DNA from: Vicinamibacterales bacterium
Lineage (GTDB): Bacteria; Acidobacteriota; Vicinamibacteria; Vicinamibacterales; UBA8438
Direction of reading: 5' to 3'
DNA: 64,000 nucleotides
NCBI GenBank assembly: GCA_965215105.1
Contig: OZ244051.1
Coordinates: 5,073,003-5,137,002 of the forward strand
The position numbers were made by a program, and so were the translations under genes. This document shows, piece after piece, positions 10,068 through 19,910 of the stretch. The notes under the pieces were generated by a model. That model was not told the DNA's origin and ran no database searches. It saw only the letters and a program-made list of their open reading frames with translations. Every line of letters begins with the position of its first letter. Positions within the stretch are counted from its first letter, which is position 1.

Positions 10068-11903
10068 ATGAGTGACAGCGCCCCCGCCGCCTCGCTCCCG
10101 GCCCCGGTGGTCCGGGTCCTCGGCGGGGCCGAGCAGGCCGTCGCCAACCTCGCGCTGGCCGCGATGGTGGTGCTGCCGCTGGCCGAGATCGTGGTCCGGC
10201 CGCTGGTGGCCGGCGGCATCCCCGGGTCCATCCAGTTCGTCCAGCACTTCACCCTCTGGGTCGGCTTTCTCGGGGCCGCCCTCGCCGCCCGCGACGGCAA
10301 GCTCATCGCCCTCGCGACCGCGACCTTCATCCCCGAGGGGCGGACCCGCGACGCCACCCGGGTCTTCGCGGCCGGCGTCGGCGCCGCGGTGTCGATGATC
10401 CTCGCGGCCGGGGCCTGGGACCTGACGATGCTGGACCGCGAGGACGGCACCGTCATCGCGGCCGGGGTGCCGGTGTGGGTTGCGCAGCTCGTCCTGCCCG
10501 TCTCGTTCACGGCCATTGCGGCGCGGCTCGCGTGGCGGGCGTCGCCGGCGTGGGCGGGCCGGGCGGCGGCGGGGCTCGGCATCGTCGTCGGGCTCTGGCT
10601 CGGCCTGTCCGGGGGGTTCCTCGCCGAGGTGCCGCGCTGGCCCCTCATCTCGCTGGTGCTCGCCGCGGCGGTGCTCGGGGCGCCGATCTTCACGGTGCTG
10701 GGCGGGGCCGCGGTGCTGCTCTACCTGGGGGACGGGGACCTGCCGGTGCTCGTCACCATCGAGACCTACTCCCTCGCCGTGCAGCCGCACCTGCCGGCGA
10801 TTCCCCTGTTCACCCTGGCCGGGTTCATCCTCGCCGCGGGGAAGGCCTCCGAACGGCTGCTCCGGGTGTTCCGGGCCGGGGTGGGGTGGATTCCCGGCGG
10901 CACCGCCATCGTCTGCGTGCTGCTCTGCGCATTCTTCACGGTGTTCACCGGGGGCTCCGGGGTCACCATCCTCGCCCTCGGCGGCCTGCTCTTCCCGGCC
11001 CTCCTCAAGGACGGCTACCGGGACCGGTTCTCGCTGGGCCTCCTCACCGCGTCGGGGTCGCTGGGCCTGCTCTTCCCGCCGGCGATGCCGCTCATCCTGT
11101 ACGCCATCGTCGCGCAGGTCGCGCCCGACGACCTGTTCGTCGCGGGCATCCTGCCCGGGCTGCTCCTGGTCGGGTTGACCGCGGCCTGGGGCATGCGCGA
11201 GGGCATGGTCACCGGGGCGGGACGGCGCGACTTCGGGTGGCCCGAGCTGCGGGCCGCACTGTGGAGCGCGAAGTGGGAGCTGTCCATCCCCTTCGTGGTC
11301 CTCGGCGTGCTCTTCAGCGGCTACGCGACCCTCGTCGAGACCGCCGCCTTCACCGCGCTCTACGCCGCCGTCGTGCAGGGGCTCGTCCACCGGGACTTCC
11401 CGCTCGGGCGCGGGCTCTACACCGCGTTCAGCGAGTGCGTGGTGCTGGTGGGCGGGGTGCTGATCATCCTCGGGGTCGCGGTCGGCTTCACCGCCTACCT
11501 GAACGACGCCGAGGTGCCGTACCTGCTCGTGGAATGGGCCGACGAGCACATCGGCTCGCGGCTCGTCTTCCTGCTCGCCCTGAACGTGTTCCTGCTGCTG
11601 GTCGGATGCCTGATGGACATCTTCTCGGCCATCTTCGTGGTGGTGCCGCTGGTGGTGCCGGTGGCCGAGCAGTTCGACGTCGACTTGCTGCACCTCGGCA
11701 TCATCTTCATCGCGAACCTGGAGCTCGGGTTCCTCACGCCGCCGGTGGGGCTGAACCTGTTCCTCGCCTCGTACCGGTTCGACCGCCCCCTGCTCGAGGT
11801 CTACCGCGCCTCGCTGCCGCTGCTGCTCATCCTGGGGGTGGGGGTGCTCATCATCACCTACGTGCCGTGGCTGACCCTGGGGCTCGTCGAATGGCTGCGG
11901 TAG
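10068..11903 (+). CDS. dctM: Fused TRAP small/large permease DctQM
   Basis: 'AIPLFTLAGFIL', 'SGSLGLLFPPAMPLILYA', 'ELGFLTPPVGLNLF'; N-terminal DctQ-like segment. Confidence 0.9.
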   Translation: MSDSAPAASLPAPVVRVLGGAEQAVANLALAAMVVLPLAEIVVRPLVAGGIPGSIQFVQHFTLWVGFLGAALAARDGKLIALATATFIPEGRTRDATRVFAAGVGAAVSMILAAGAWDLTMLDREDGTVIAAGVPVWVAQLVLPVSFTAIAARLAWRASPAWAGRAAAGLGIVVGLWLGLSGGFLAEVPRWPLISLVLAAAVLGAPIFTVLGGAAVLLYLGDGDLPVLVTIETYSLAVQPHLPAIPLFTLAGFILAAGKASERLLRVFRAGVGWIPGGTAIVCVLLCAFFTVFTGGSGVTILALGGLLFPALLKDGYRDRFSLGLLTASGSLGLLFPPAMPLILYAIVAQVAPDDLFVAGILPGLLLVGLTAAWGMREGMVTGAGRRDFGWPELRAALWSAKWELSIPFVVLGVLFSGYATLVETAAFTALYAAVVQGLVHRDFPLGRGLYTAFSECVVLVGGVLIILGVAVGFTAYLNDAEVPYLLVEWADEHIGSRLVFLLALNVFLLLVGCLMDIFSAIFVVVPLVVPVAEQFDVDLLHLGIIFIANLELGFLTPPVGLNLFLASYRFDRPLLEVYRASLPLLLILGVGVLIITYVPWLTLGLVEWLR

Positions 11904-12072
11904 GAGCTTGCGCCGTGGAACGGTGCGGACTCCTGGAGGGCCGTTTGGGCGCCCAGCGGAGCCGCCAGGCGCCGATTGGCGCACCAGGCGCCTGCGTGGT
12001 GGGGCGGTGCGGACTCCTGGAGGGTCGGTTGGACGCCCAGCGGAGCCGCCAAGCGCCGATTGGCGCGCCAAG
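11900..12072 (+). repeat. Two tandem copies of the REP-like repeat; the first begins GTAG and supplies the dctM stop codon
   Basis: 'gtaggagcttgcgccgtggaacggtgcggactcctggagggccgtttgggcgcccagcggagccgccaggcgccgattggcgc' is followed by a second near-copy; it is the reverse complement of the 55269 element. Confidence 0.85.
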
Positions 12073-12249
12073 GGGCCGTAGCGGAACCGTGCGTTGCGCC
12101 GGCCGAGCGCGGTGCGGCGCCGGCCACGGCTCCAAGGACCCGGGACCCGCGCGCCGGGCCTTCGTTTCCCGTCGAATCGACCCTGCGGGAGCCCGCCGCG
12201 TCTTGCGGTCCAGGCTGCGGGCGCACTCCGCCAATCCCGGCAGGACGCC

Positions 12250-13386
12250 GTGAACGACCCGGTCCTGGCGCTGCTGCGCGACCTGGTGGCGATCGACTCC
12301 GTCAACCCCGTGCTGGCGCCCGGCGGCACCGGCGAGGAGGCCATCGCAGGGCACGTGGCCACGGTGATGCGGCGGGCCGGGCTCGACGTGGCGGTGACCG
12401 AGGCCGCGCCCGGCCGGCCCAACGTGGTCGGGGTGGTGGAGGGCCGTTCGCCGGGGCGCACGCTGATGCTCTGCGGGCACCTCGACACCGTCGGGGTCGA
12501 GGGGATGCGCGATCCGTTCACGCCGGTCGTGCGCGACGGACGCCTCTACGGCCGCGGCGCGCAGGACATGAAGAGCGGCGTAGCGGCGATGATCGACGCG
12601 GCGGCCCGCCTCGCCCTCCGCGGCGGGTTGGCGGCCGGCCGGCTGGTAATCGCGGCAGTCGCCGACGAGGAGCACGCCAGCCTGGGGGCCGACGCCCTCG
12701 TGCGCGACCACGCCGCCGACGGCGCGGTAGTCACCGAGCCGACGGACCTGCACATGGCGACGTGCCACAAGGGGTTCGAGTGGGTCGAGGTCGAGACCCG
12801 CGGCCGCGCCGCCCACGGGAGTCGCCCCGCCGACGGACGGGACGCGATTCTTCGCATGGGCCGGGTCCTCGCCCGGCTCGAGGCGGTCGACGCGCGGCTC
12901 GCCGCGGGGCCGTCGCACCCTCTGCTGGGGCCGGCATCGCTCCACGCCTCGACCATCGCGGGGGGGCGCGAGCTCAGCGTGTATCCCGACCGGTGCCGCC
13001 TGTCGTTCGAGCGCCGGACCCTGCTGGGAGAGCCGGCGGACGCGGGCCTCGCCGAGGCCCGGGGCATCCTCGACGTGCTGGCGCGGGAGGACCCCGAGTT
13101 CGAGGGCTCGGCCCGGCCCATCTTCACGCGTCCGCCGCACGAGCTACCCGTCGAACACCCGCTGTGCCGCGCGTTGGCCCGTGCGCTGCGTCGGCGGGGC
13201 GAGGCCGCCGACCCGACCGGCATGTCGTTCTGGACCGATGCGGCGATCCTGACCCGGGCCGGAACCCCGGCGGTGCTGTTCGGGCCCCGCGGCGCCGGCC
13301 TGCACAGCCGCGAGGAGCACGTCGAGATCGACTCGGTGCTCACCTGCCGCGATGTCCTGATCGACCTCGCGCGGGACTTCTGCTGA
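12250..13386 (+). CDS. ArgE/DapE family M20 deacylase
   Basis: 'LCGHLDTVG', 'LYGRGAQDMKSG', 'ADEEHAS', 'VVTEPT', 'GRAAHGS', 'LHSREEHV'. GTG start at 12250. Confidence 0.9.
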   Translation: MNDPVLALLRDLVAIDSVNPVLAPGGTGEEAIAGHVATVMRRAGLDVAVTEAAPGRPNVVGVVEGRSPGRTLMLCGHLDTVGVEGMRDPFTPVVRDGRLYGRGAQDMKSGVAAMIDAAARLALRGGLAAGRLVIAAVADEEHASLGADALVRDHAADGAVVTEPTDLHMATCHKGFEWVEVETRGRAAHGSRPADGRDAILRMGRVLARLEAVDARLAAGPSHPLLGPASLHASTIAGGRELSVYPDRCRLSFERRTLLGEPADAGLAEARGILDVLAREDPEFEGSARPIFTRPPHELPVEHPLCRALARALRRRGEAADPTGMSFWTDAAILTRAGTPAVLFGPRGAGLHSREEHVEIDSVLTCRDVLIDLARDFC

Positions 13387-13687
13387 CCGCATTGGCGGGA
13401 TTCCGCGCGCCGACCCTTCGGGCCGACCCCCTCCGCGGCGCGGCCGGCGACGGACGGCCCGCGATGCCCGCGGCGTCGCCGGCCCCTCCACATCGCCGCG
13501 GCAGCGCCGCCGGCCCGCCGAGGGAGCGCGGCGCCAGTGGCGTTCCGTCACCGCGCCACCGCCGGCGGGAAGGGATGTACGACAGGACGTGCGCCGCCGT
13601 CGAGCACGGCGCCCCGAAGGGCCGGCCTGACGAGCGCCGCGGCGGGCAGGTCGCGAGATTCGTCGCGCACCCGGCGGTACGGTCGAC

Positions 13688-13716
13688 TTGACAGCGTGGG
13701 ACGGTCCATCCAAGGT
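13688..13716 (+). promoter_or_regulatory. Putative sigma70 promoter, likely leaderless
   Basis: TTGACA (13688-13693), 17 bp, then CAAGGT (13711-13716); ATG 5 nt downstream and no SD sequence. The -10 is weak. Confidence 0.5.
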
Positions 13717-13721
13717 AGGTC

Positions 13722-15272
13722 ATGATGAGGCGCAAACTGCCCATCGGCATCCAGACCTTCCGCGAGATCAGGGAGGACGGCTGCTACTACGTGGACAAGA
13801 CCGCATGGGCGCGGCGGCTGGTCGACGAAGGCAAGCACTACTTTCTATCGCGCCCGCGTCGGTTCGGGAAGAGCCTGTTCCTGGACACGCTGAAGGAGCT
13901 GTTCGAGGGCAACGAGGCGCTGTTCCGAGGGCTGGCGGTGCACGACGAGTGGGACTGGTCGGTTCGCCGGCCGGTGGTGCGGCTCGACTTCGGCAGCGGG
14001 TACTTCCAGGACCCGGATTACCTGCGTGAAGACGTGGCGGCGCAGCTCGCCGCCGTCGAACGGCGGGAGGGAACGCCTTCGGAGAACGCCAGCGCCCCGG
14101 TGCGGCTTCGCCGCCTGCTGGAAGAGCTGCATCGGCGTACCGGGCATCGGGTCGCGGTCCTCGTGGACGAGTACGACAAGCCGATCCTCGACACGTTGAA
14201 GACGCCCGAGCTGGCCGAGGCCGCCCGCGACTACCTCCGGGGGCTGTACTCGGTCACCAAGACCGCCGACGCCCACATCGCGTTCAGTTTCCTGACCGGG
14301 GTGAGCAAGTTCTCGAAGGTCAGCCTGTTCTCGGGCCTCAACAACCTGATCGACATCACCCTCGACCCCGGGTACTCTGCCGTCTGCGGCTACACCGACG
14401 GCGACCTCGACGCCGTGTTCGAGCCGGAGCTGAACGGGCTCGACCGGGACCTGATCCGCACGTGGTACAACGGCTACAACTGGCTCGGCACGGATCGGCT
14501 CTACAACCCCTTCGACATCCTCCAACTGTTCCGCAGCCGCCGGTTTCGGCCGTACTGGTACGAGACCGGCACGCCCACCTTCCTGATCGAGACGCTGGTG
14601 CGGCGGCGCGTGGACATTCCGTCGCTGGACGGCCTGCGGAGCGGCGACGCGCTGCTGTCGAAGTTCGACGTGCGCGACATGGCGCCGGAGGCGCTGCTGT
14701 TCCAGAGCGGCTACCTGACGATTCGGGGTGAGGAGACCGGTCCCATGGGGGCGCCGGTGTACCGGCTCGGCTATCCGAACCACGAGGTGCGCTGGAGCCT
14801 GAACGAGAGCCTGCTGGCCGCGCTGACGCCGCCCGACTCCGCACACCGGCGCCCGGACCCGCGGGTGGCGGAGCGGCTGCGGGCCGGCGACTTGGCGGGA
14901 GTCGAGGCGCTGGTGCGGGGCCTGTTCGCGGGCATCCCCTACGAGTGGCACACGCGGAACGAGATCGCGGGCTACGAGGGCTACTACGCCAGCGTGTTCT
15001 ACGCGTGGCTGGCCGCGCAGGGGCTGGACGTGGCGGCGGAGGAGAGCAGCGGCGCGGGGCGCACCGACCTCGCGGTGCGTTGCGACGGAAGCGTGTACCT
15101 GTTCGAGTTCAAGGTAGCGGAGCGGCCGGCGGCCGGCTCGGCCCTGGCGCAGTTGCGGGCGAAGGGCTACGCCGACAAGTACCGCGGGCAGGCGGGCGCG
15201 GTGCACCTGATCGGCGTGGAGTTCAGCCGGCGGGAGCGCAACGTCGTGAGGTTCGAGAGCGCGCGCGCGTGA
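13722..15272 (+). CDS. AAA-ATPase-like protein with C-terminal PD-(D/E)XK nuclease domain
   Basis: 'LPIGIQTFREIRE..YYVDKT', Walker A 'SRPRRFGKS', Walker B 'LVDEYDKP', nuclease 'GRTDL...YLFEFK', 'ALAQLRAKGYADKY'. Confidence 0.9.
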   Translation: MMRRKLPIGIQTFREIREDGCYYVDKTAWARRLVDEGKHYFLSRPRRFGKSLFLDTLKELFEGNEALFRGLAVHDEWDWSVRRPVVRLDFGSGYFQDPDYLREDVAAQLAAVERREGTPSENASAPVRLRRLLEELHRRTGHRVAVLVDEYDKPILDTLKTPELAEAARDYLRGLYSVTKTADAHIAFSFLTGVSKFSKVSLFSGLNNLIDITLDPGYSAVCGYTDGDLDAVFEPELNGLDRDLIRTWYNGYNWLGTDRLYNPFDILQLFRSRRFRPYWYETGTPTFLIETLVRRRVDIPSLDGLRSGDALLSKFDVRDMAPEALLFQSGYLTIRGEETGPMGAPVYRLGYPNHEVRWSLNESLLAALTPPDSAHRRPDPRVAERLRAGDLAGVEALVRGLFAGIPYEWHTRNEIAGYEGYYASVFYAWLAAQGLDVAAEESSGAGRTDLAVRCDGSVYLFEFKVAERPAAGSALAQLRAKGYADKYRGQAGAVHLIGVEFSRRERNVVRFESARA

Positions 15273-15619
15273 CGAGGCCCCGACGCATCGGCGTTCCTCC
15301 GTTTGTCGGCGGCCGGCCCCGGGTTCTCCGACATCCTCGGCGCCGGCCTTCAGCACCCCTGCCACCTCTGCGGCGTTTCCCACAGTGGGGAGAGGCACGA
15401 ACCCGGGGCACTGAGCGCCGAGACGGCGCCCGAGGTGCCGCCCCGTCCTTCGTGTTCATGCTCCCTTGTGAAGGAGAGAATCCCTTCTTGCAGCCCTCGC
15501 ATGGTTGGTCGGATCGAACACATCAGTCGTGACCAGATTCTCATTCGGCGCACCGATGTCCGTGATTGTCCGTTTCTGCCGGAGGCGCCATTTCGCGCCT
15601 TCGAGAGAGCAATGAAGGA

Positions 15620-16750
15620 TCAGTGCGTCAGCCGCGAGCCGCCGCGGTCGTGCAGCAGGTGGTCGAGGGTGCGTGCGTAGTAGCGGAGGATGTGGCGGTT
15701 GCGGACGCGGTAACGGTCGCCGTCAACGGCGATGACGCCCCGGGTGACGAGGGGCTCGGTGGCCTGGTCGACGGCGTCGCGGCCGCATTCCACGGCGAGG
15801 TTGGCCGGCACGTGGCGGAGGGCGTCGAGGAGCTGGTCGATGCGGTCCTCGAGGTCGCGCCGCCGCGTGGACGGCCGCAGGGCGGCGGCCACGAGGGCGG
15901 TCGGCAGCACCTTGTAGAGCCGGCCGATGGCCTCGTGGGTGCGGCGGGTCAGGCCCACGAGGTCCTGGCGCGACTCGGGGGCGACGGTGGCGAGCGGGAT
16001 GGGCTGCCCGAAGGTGACGAACGCGCGCGTCCGGTAGCCCACCGCGAAGTTCACCATCTCGGCCACTTCCGTCGTGAAGAGCCGCTGGCGCCGCTTGACC
16101 CGCTGGCGGGCCAGCGTCTGGTCCTCGAGCACGAGGTCGTAGGCGATGCCGACGGGCACGATCACCACGTCGGGGCGCCGGGCCTGCAGGACCGCCTGCA
16201 GCAGCCCCGTCTTCAGGGTCTTGAACTCGCCGCTGTAGCTGCGCCCGCCCTCCGGGTAGAGGAACAGGTCGTGCCGGTGCACGAGCTCCGCCACGTATGC
16301 CCGCAGCGTGGCGAGGTAGGCGGGGTCGCGGGAGTTCCGGCGAATCGGGACGGCGCCGGTCACGTAGCGGTTCAGCAGCCCCATGGCCCCGTTGAACAGG
16401 TTGATGCCGGCGGTGATGACGGGGGGCCGGATGCCGTGGTCGTCGAGCACGACGAGCTCGACGAGGTAGTCCATGTGGCTCTTGTGGTTCGAGGCGTAGA
16501 CGATGCGGTGCGATCGGGCGGCGGCCTGGGCCCGCTCGACGTGCTCGGCGTGCGGCTGTATCTTGCGCAGGATCGGGTACAGGGGGTGCTTCAGGGCGCG
16601 ATACATCTGGTACCGCTGGGTCGTCCTGAGCTCCTTGAGGTAGGCGGCAATCCGCTCCTGCGCCTCGTGGGGACTCAGCCTGGTGCCACCGCGGAGATAC
16701 CGCGCCACCTCCTCCCGGGACAGCACGGCCTGGGTAATCTCGTCGTCCAC
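15620..16750 (-). CDS. Glycerol-3-phosphate / lysophospholipid acyltransferase (PlsB/PlsC superfamily)
   Basis: 'SNHKSHMDY' (HX4D), 'AGINL', 'YPEGGRSYSG', 'IVPVGIAYD'. GTG start chosen because of an upstream TATAGT. Confidence 0.88.
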   Translation of the reverse strand: MDDEITQAVLSREEVARYLRGGTRLSPHEAQERIAAYLKELRTTQRYQMYRALKHPLYPILRKIQPHAEHVERAQAAARSHRIVYASNHKSHMDYLVELVVLDDHGIRPPVITAGINLFNGAMGLLNRYVTGAVPIRRNSRDPAYLATLRAYVAELVHRHDLFLYPEGGRSYSGEFKTLKTGLLQAVLQARRPDVVIVPVGIAYDLVLEDQTLARQRVKRRQRLFTTEVAEMVNFAVGYRTRAFVTFGQPIPLATVAPESRQDLVGLTRRTHEAIGRLYKVLPTALVAAALRPSTRRRDLEDRIDQLLDALRHVPANLAVECGRDAVDQATEPLVTRGVIAVDGDRYRVRNRHILRYYARTLDHLLHDRGGSRLTH

Positions 16751-17024
16751 TGTGGAAACTATACCACCGGCCGGGCGGCAGGACGGGTGGGTCGAAGGCG
16801 GTCGGGCGCCTGCCCTGCCGGAGGCCCGCGTCACCCGACCCAGCGCCGCGACCGCTGGCCGGGCCGCGTCGGAGGCGGACTTGGGAAGGGCGGAGACGGC
16901 GGCAATCGACGCCGCGGAGGACCGTTTCCGCCCGCGGCCTCGCGCCGCCGGCGTCTCGTGCCGGCGAGACTCCCAAACGCGAGCGGAGGGATCGCCCCCG
17001 CGCCCGCAGGTCGCGTGGTCGCCC

Positions 17025-17108
17025 GGCCCGCCATCGTCGCCTCGGCTCCGCTTGGCGCCCAAGCAACCCTGCCGGGAGTCTGCACCGTTCTACGGCGCAG
17101 ATTCCTAG
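17025..17108 (-). repeat. REP-like repeat overlapping the TAG stop of the upstream Pro-rich gene
   Basis: Hairpin ggagtctgcaccgt-tct-acggcgcagattcc plus the conserved 50-bp flank shared with 55269. Confidence 0.85.
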
Positions 17109-18370
17109 CGCGGCGCCATGACGAATGCCGGGCGCGACAGGCGCACCGTCAGCCTCGAGCCCGCCGGCAGCACCGCCGGGTCCGCTTCTCCGTTCAGGGC
17201 GGCGGCGGTGCCCCCCGCGGCGCCGATCGAGCCCCCGATGGCGGCGCCGCGCTCACCTCCGAAGATCGCGCCGAGAATGGAGCCGGCGACGGCCGCGCCG
17301 CCGATCTTGGCGACGCTGTCGCCGCCCGGTGACTTGCCCTCGCGGTAGATGGTCTCGGTGGAGAGCCTGACCTCGGCGCCGTCGTCCATCAGCAGGGTGT
17401 GGAACCGCACCCCGAGCCGGGACGCCGAGCGGAGCCGCCCGCCGGTCTCGACGAGGACCACCGAGCCCCGCATGCGCGCCCCCGAGGGGACCGCCACCTG
17501 GTCGCCGACCTGCACGTCCCGGATGACGCGGGCCTCGACGGTGTCCTCGAGCCTGGCGTTCTGGGTGGAGACGGCGGAGTCGAGCTGAATCCCGATCACC
17601 GAGTCGGCGGCGACCTCCAGCTCGTCGAACGACGGCCACGGATCGGCGGCGACGACGGGATCGGCGCTCCGGGGGGCGAGGAGGCTGGTGCCGGCCAGCG
17701 GCGGGCGCCGCGGCTCGACCCGCGGCGGGGCGGCGGGCTCCAGGTCCCGTCCCGGGCCCGTCGCAGGGGCCGACCCGTCGGCCCGCACCCATCCCTCGAC
17801 GACGGGGAGGTCGCCGGTCGGACCGGGCGGCGGGTCACCCGCAACGCCGGCGCGGTCGCCGGCACCGCGATTCGGCTCCGGCGTCGCGTTCCTTGCCGGT
17901 TCGGGTCGCGGTGCCGGTTCGGGTTCCGGCGCCGGTGCGGGCTCCGCGCGCGTCGCCGGCGGGGCCGTCGGGTGCGACCGGGGGCGTGGATCGGGGGCGG
18001 TCGGCCTGGCGGCGGGCGCCCGGCTGGCCGTCGAGGCGGCCGCGGCGGCGGGCCGCGGGGCCGGAGGCGCGGGCCGGGGGGCGGGGGAGATCGACGCGCG
18101 GCGGGGCGCGCGCCGCGGTTCCTCGGGCGGCGCGGCGGCCGCCGGCTCGACCGCGGCCGGATCGACCTCGACCATCGTCTCGGCCGCGGCGTTCCCGGCC
18201 GGCGGCGTCTCCGCGACGGGAGGCGGCTCGGCGAGAGCGACCGCGGGTTCGGTGGCCGTGGACGTGGGAGCGAGCCCGATGGCATGCCGCACGGCGAGGT
18301 AGGAACCGACACCGGCCGCCGCGACGGCGGCGATGGCGATGCCGGCGACCGCGACTATCGGTTTCGTCAT
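17105..18370 (-). CDS. Membrane-anchored Pro/Ala-rich protein with C-terminal TrbI/VirB10-like beta domain and glycine zipper
   Basis: N-terminal TM, PEP-rich linker, 'VAVPSGARMRGSVV', 'IGGAAVAGSILGAIFGGERGAAIGGSIGAAGGTA', 'LPAGSRLTVRLSRP'. Confidence 0.7.
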   Translation of the reverse strand: MTKPIVAVAGIAIAAVAAAGVGSYLAVRHAIGLAPTSTATEPAVALAEPPPVAETPPAGNAAAETMVEVDPAAVEPAAAAPPEEPRRAPRRASISPAPRPAPPAPRPAAAAASTASRAPAARPTAPDPRPRSHPTAPPATRAEPAPAPEPEPAPRPEPARNATPEPNRGAGDRAGVAGDPPPGPTGDLPVVEGWVRADGSAPATGPGRDLEPAAPPRVEPRRPPLAGTSLLAPRSADPVVAADPWPSFDELEVAADSVIGIQLDSAVSTQNARLEDTVEARVIRDVQVGDQVAVPSGARMRGSVVLVETGGRLRSASRLGVRFHTLLMDDGAEVRLSTETIYREGKSPGGDSVAKIGGAAVAGSILGAIFGGERGAAIGGSIGAAGGTAAALNGEADPAVLPAGSRLTVRLSRPAFVMAPR

Positions 18371-18566
18371 CGAGGTACGTCCTTTCTCCACTCTACGCGC
18401 ATGATAAAGCAATTGTCGTGCCCGTTCGCACGGAATCGCCGCCTTCCGGCGGCGCCCGCGGTTCCCTGCCCACTGTATCGGGCGGGCGGGCCGTTTCCCT
18501 GCGTGGGAACGTCATCGGTGGGTGACAGTCGGCGGCGGCAAGGGGACAGTGTGGGAGACTGGAAGC

Positions 18567-19688
18567 ATGTCCGCGGATGAGCGACCGGACGTCATCGTGA
18601 TCGGGGCCGGCATCATCGGCTGCGCCGTCGCCTGCGAGCTCGGCCGGCGCGGGGCGTCGGTGCGGGTGCTCGAGAGCCGGGACGTCGGGGGCGGGGCGAC
18701 GCAGGCGTCGGCCGGCATCCTGGCCCCCTACACCGAGGCGGATCGTCCGGGTCCCCTCCGCACCTTGTGCGCGGAGAGCCTCGGGCTGTGGGACGACTTC
18801 GTGGGCCGCGCCGTCACCGACAGCGGCCGGGACGTGCTCTACGAGCGGACCGGGACCCTCGAGGTGGTCACCGACGAGGCCTCGTTGCGCCGGCTGGAGC
18901 AGACGCGGGCCGCGCTCGACGCGGCGGGGGTCGAATGCCGCCTGCTGACGGCGCGCGCGGCCCGGGCGGAGGAACCCTCCCTGGGGTCGGCGGTGGCCGG
19001 GGCCCTGCTGGTTCCGTCCCACGGTCTTGTCGGGGTCGCGACGCTGATGGAGGCGCTCCGGGAGGGCGGGGCGGCCCGGCACGGCGTTTCGTTCCTGACC
19101 GACCGGCCCGCGCGCCGCGTGCAGGCGGGCTCGGATGGCGCGATGGTCGTCGAGACGGCGGCAGGGACGTTGACCGGCGACGCGGTCGTGCTTGCGGCGG
19201 GAAGCTGGTCGGCCGGCGCCTCCGGCGACGGGGCGCTGCCGGTGCGGCCGGTGCGTGGCCAACTGCTGCAGCTTGCTTGGTCCGGGCGCCCGCCGGCCCG
19301 GGTCGTCTGGGCCCCGAGCTGCTACGTGGTGCCCTGGCCCGACGGGTCGATGCTGGTGGGGGCGACGGTCGAGGACGTGGGGTTCGACGAGCGCGCCACG
19401 GTCGCGGGGGTGGCGGGCCTGATCGAGGCGGTCTCCAGCGTGCTGCCCGCGGCCCGCGACGCCGGGTTCGAGGCGGCCCGCGTCGGCCTGCGCCCCGGGA
19501 CTCCCGACGACCTGCCGGTGGTGGGGCGCTCGGCGGCGGCGCCCGGGCTCGTGTACGCGACCGGCCACTACCGGAACGGGGTGCTGCTGGCCCCCTTGAC
19601 CGCCCGCCTGGTGGCCGACCTGGTGCTCGACGGTCGGGAAGACCCGCTGCTCGCGTCCGTCTCCCCGGCCCGCTTCGAGGTGGCCTGA
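18567..19688 (+). CDS. thiO: Glycine oxidase (FAD-dependent)
   Basis: 'VIGAGIIG', 'ATQASAGIL', 'RPVRGQ', 'GLRPGTPDDLPVVG', 'ATGHYRNGVLLAP'. Confidence 0.85.
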   Translation: MSADERPDVIVIGAGIIGCAVACELGRRGASVRVLESRDVGGGATQASAGILAPYTEADRPGPLRTLCAESLGLWDDFVGRAVTDSGRDVLYERTGTLEVVTDEASLRRLEQTRAALDAAGVECRLLTARAARAEEPSLGSAVAGALLVPSHGLVGVATLMEALREGGAARHGVSFLTDRPARRVQAGSDGAMVVETAAGTLTGDAVVLAAGSWSAGASGDGALPVRPVRGQLLQLAWSGRPPARVVWAPSCYVVPWPDGSMLVGATVEDVGFDERATVAGVAGLIEAVSSVLPAARDAGFEAARVGLRPGTPDDLPVVGRSAAAPGLVYATGHYRNGVLLAPLTARLVADLVLDGREDPLLASVSPARFEVA

Positions 19689-19785
19689 CGGGCACCGCGG
19701 GACCGCGCCCGCCGCGGGCGCTGCTCGCGGCCGGCCCGCTTCGAGGTGGCCTGACGGGCACCGCGGGACCGCGCCCGCCGCGGGC
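19665..19785 (+). repeat. Exact 55-bp direct repeat duplicating the thiO 3' end and downstream sequence
   Basis: ccggcccgcttcgaggtggcctgacgggcaccgcgggaccgcgcccgccgcgggc at 19665-19719 and 19731-19785. Confidence 0.9.
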
Positions 19786-19910
19786 ACTTTCGGACCGCAC
19801 GGGAGAAGTGATAATCTCTCGGCGGCGCAGGCACAGGATGCGTCGGAGCACCTCGCGGTGGGCGCGGCCCGCCGGGGCGGGGCGACCTATTCGTTTCGGA
19901 GCGAGACAGG

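Noticed and set aside
11900-12072. Possible CRISPR array (also considered for 2521-2664, 19665-19785 and 55595-55655)
   Set aside because: Only 2-3 units, no unique spacers of constant length and no cas genes; better explained as REP copies, gene-end duplications or coding heptads.
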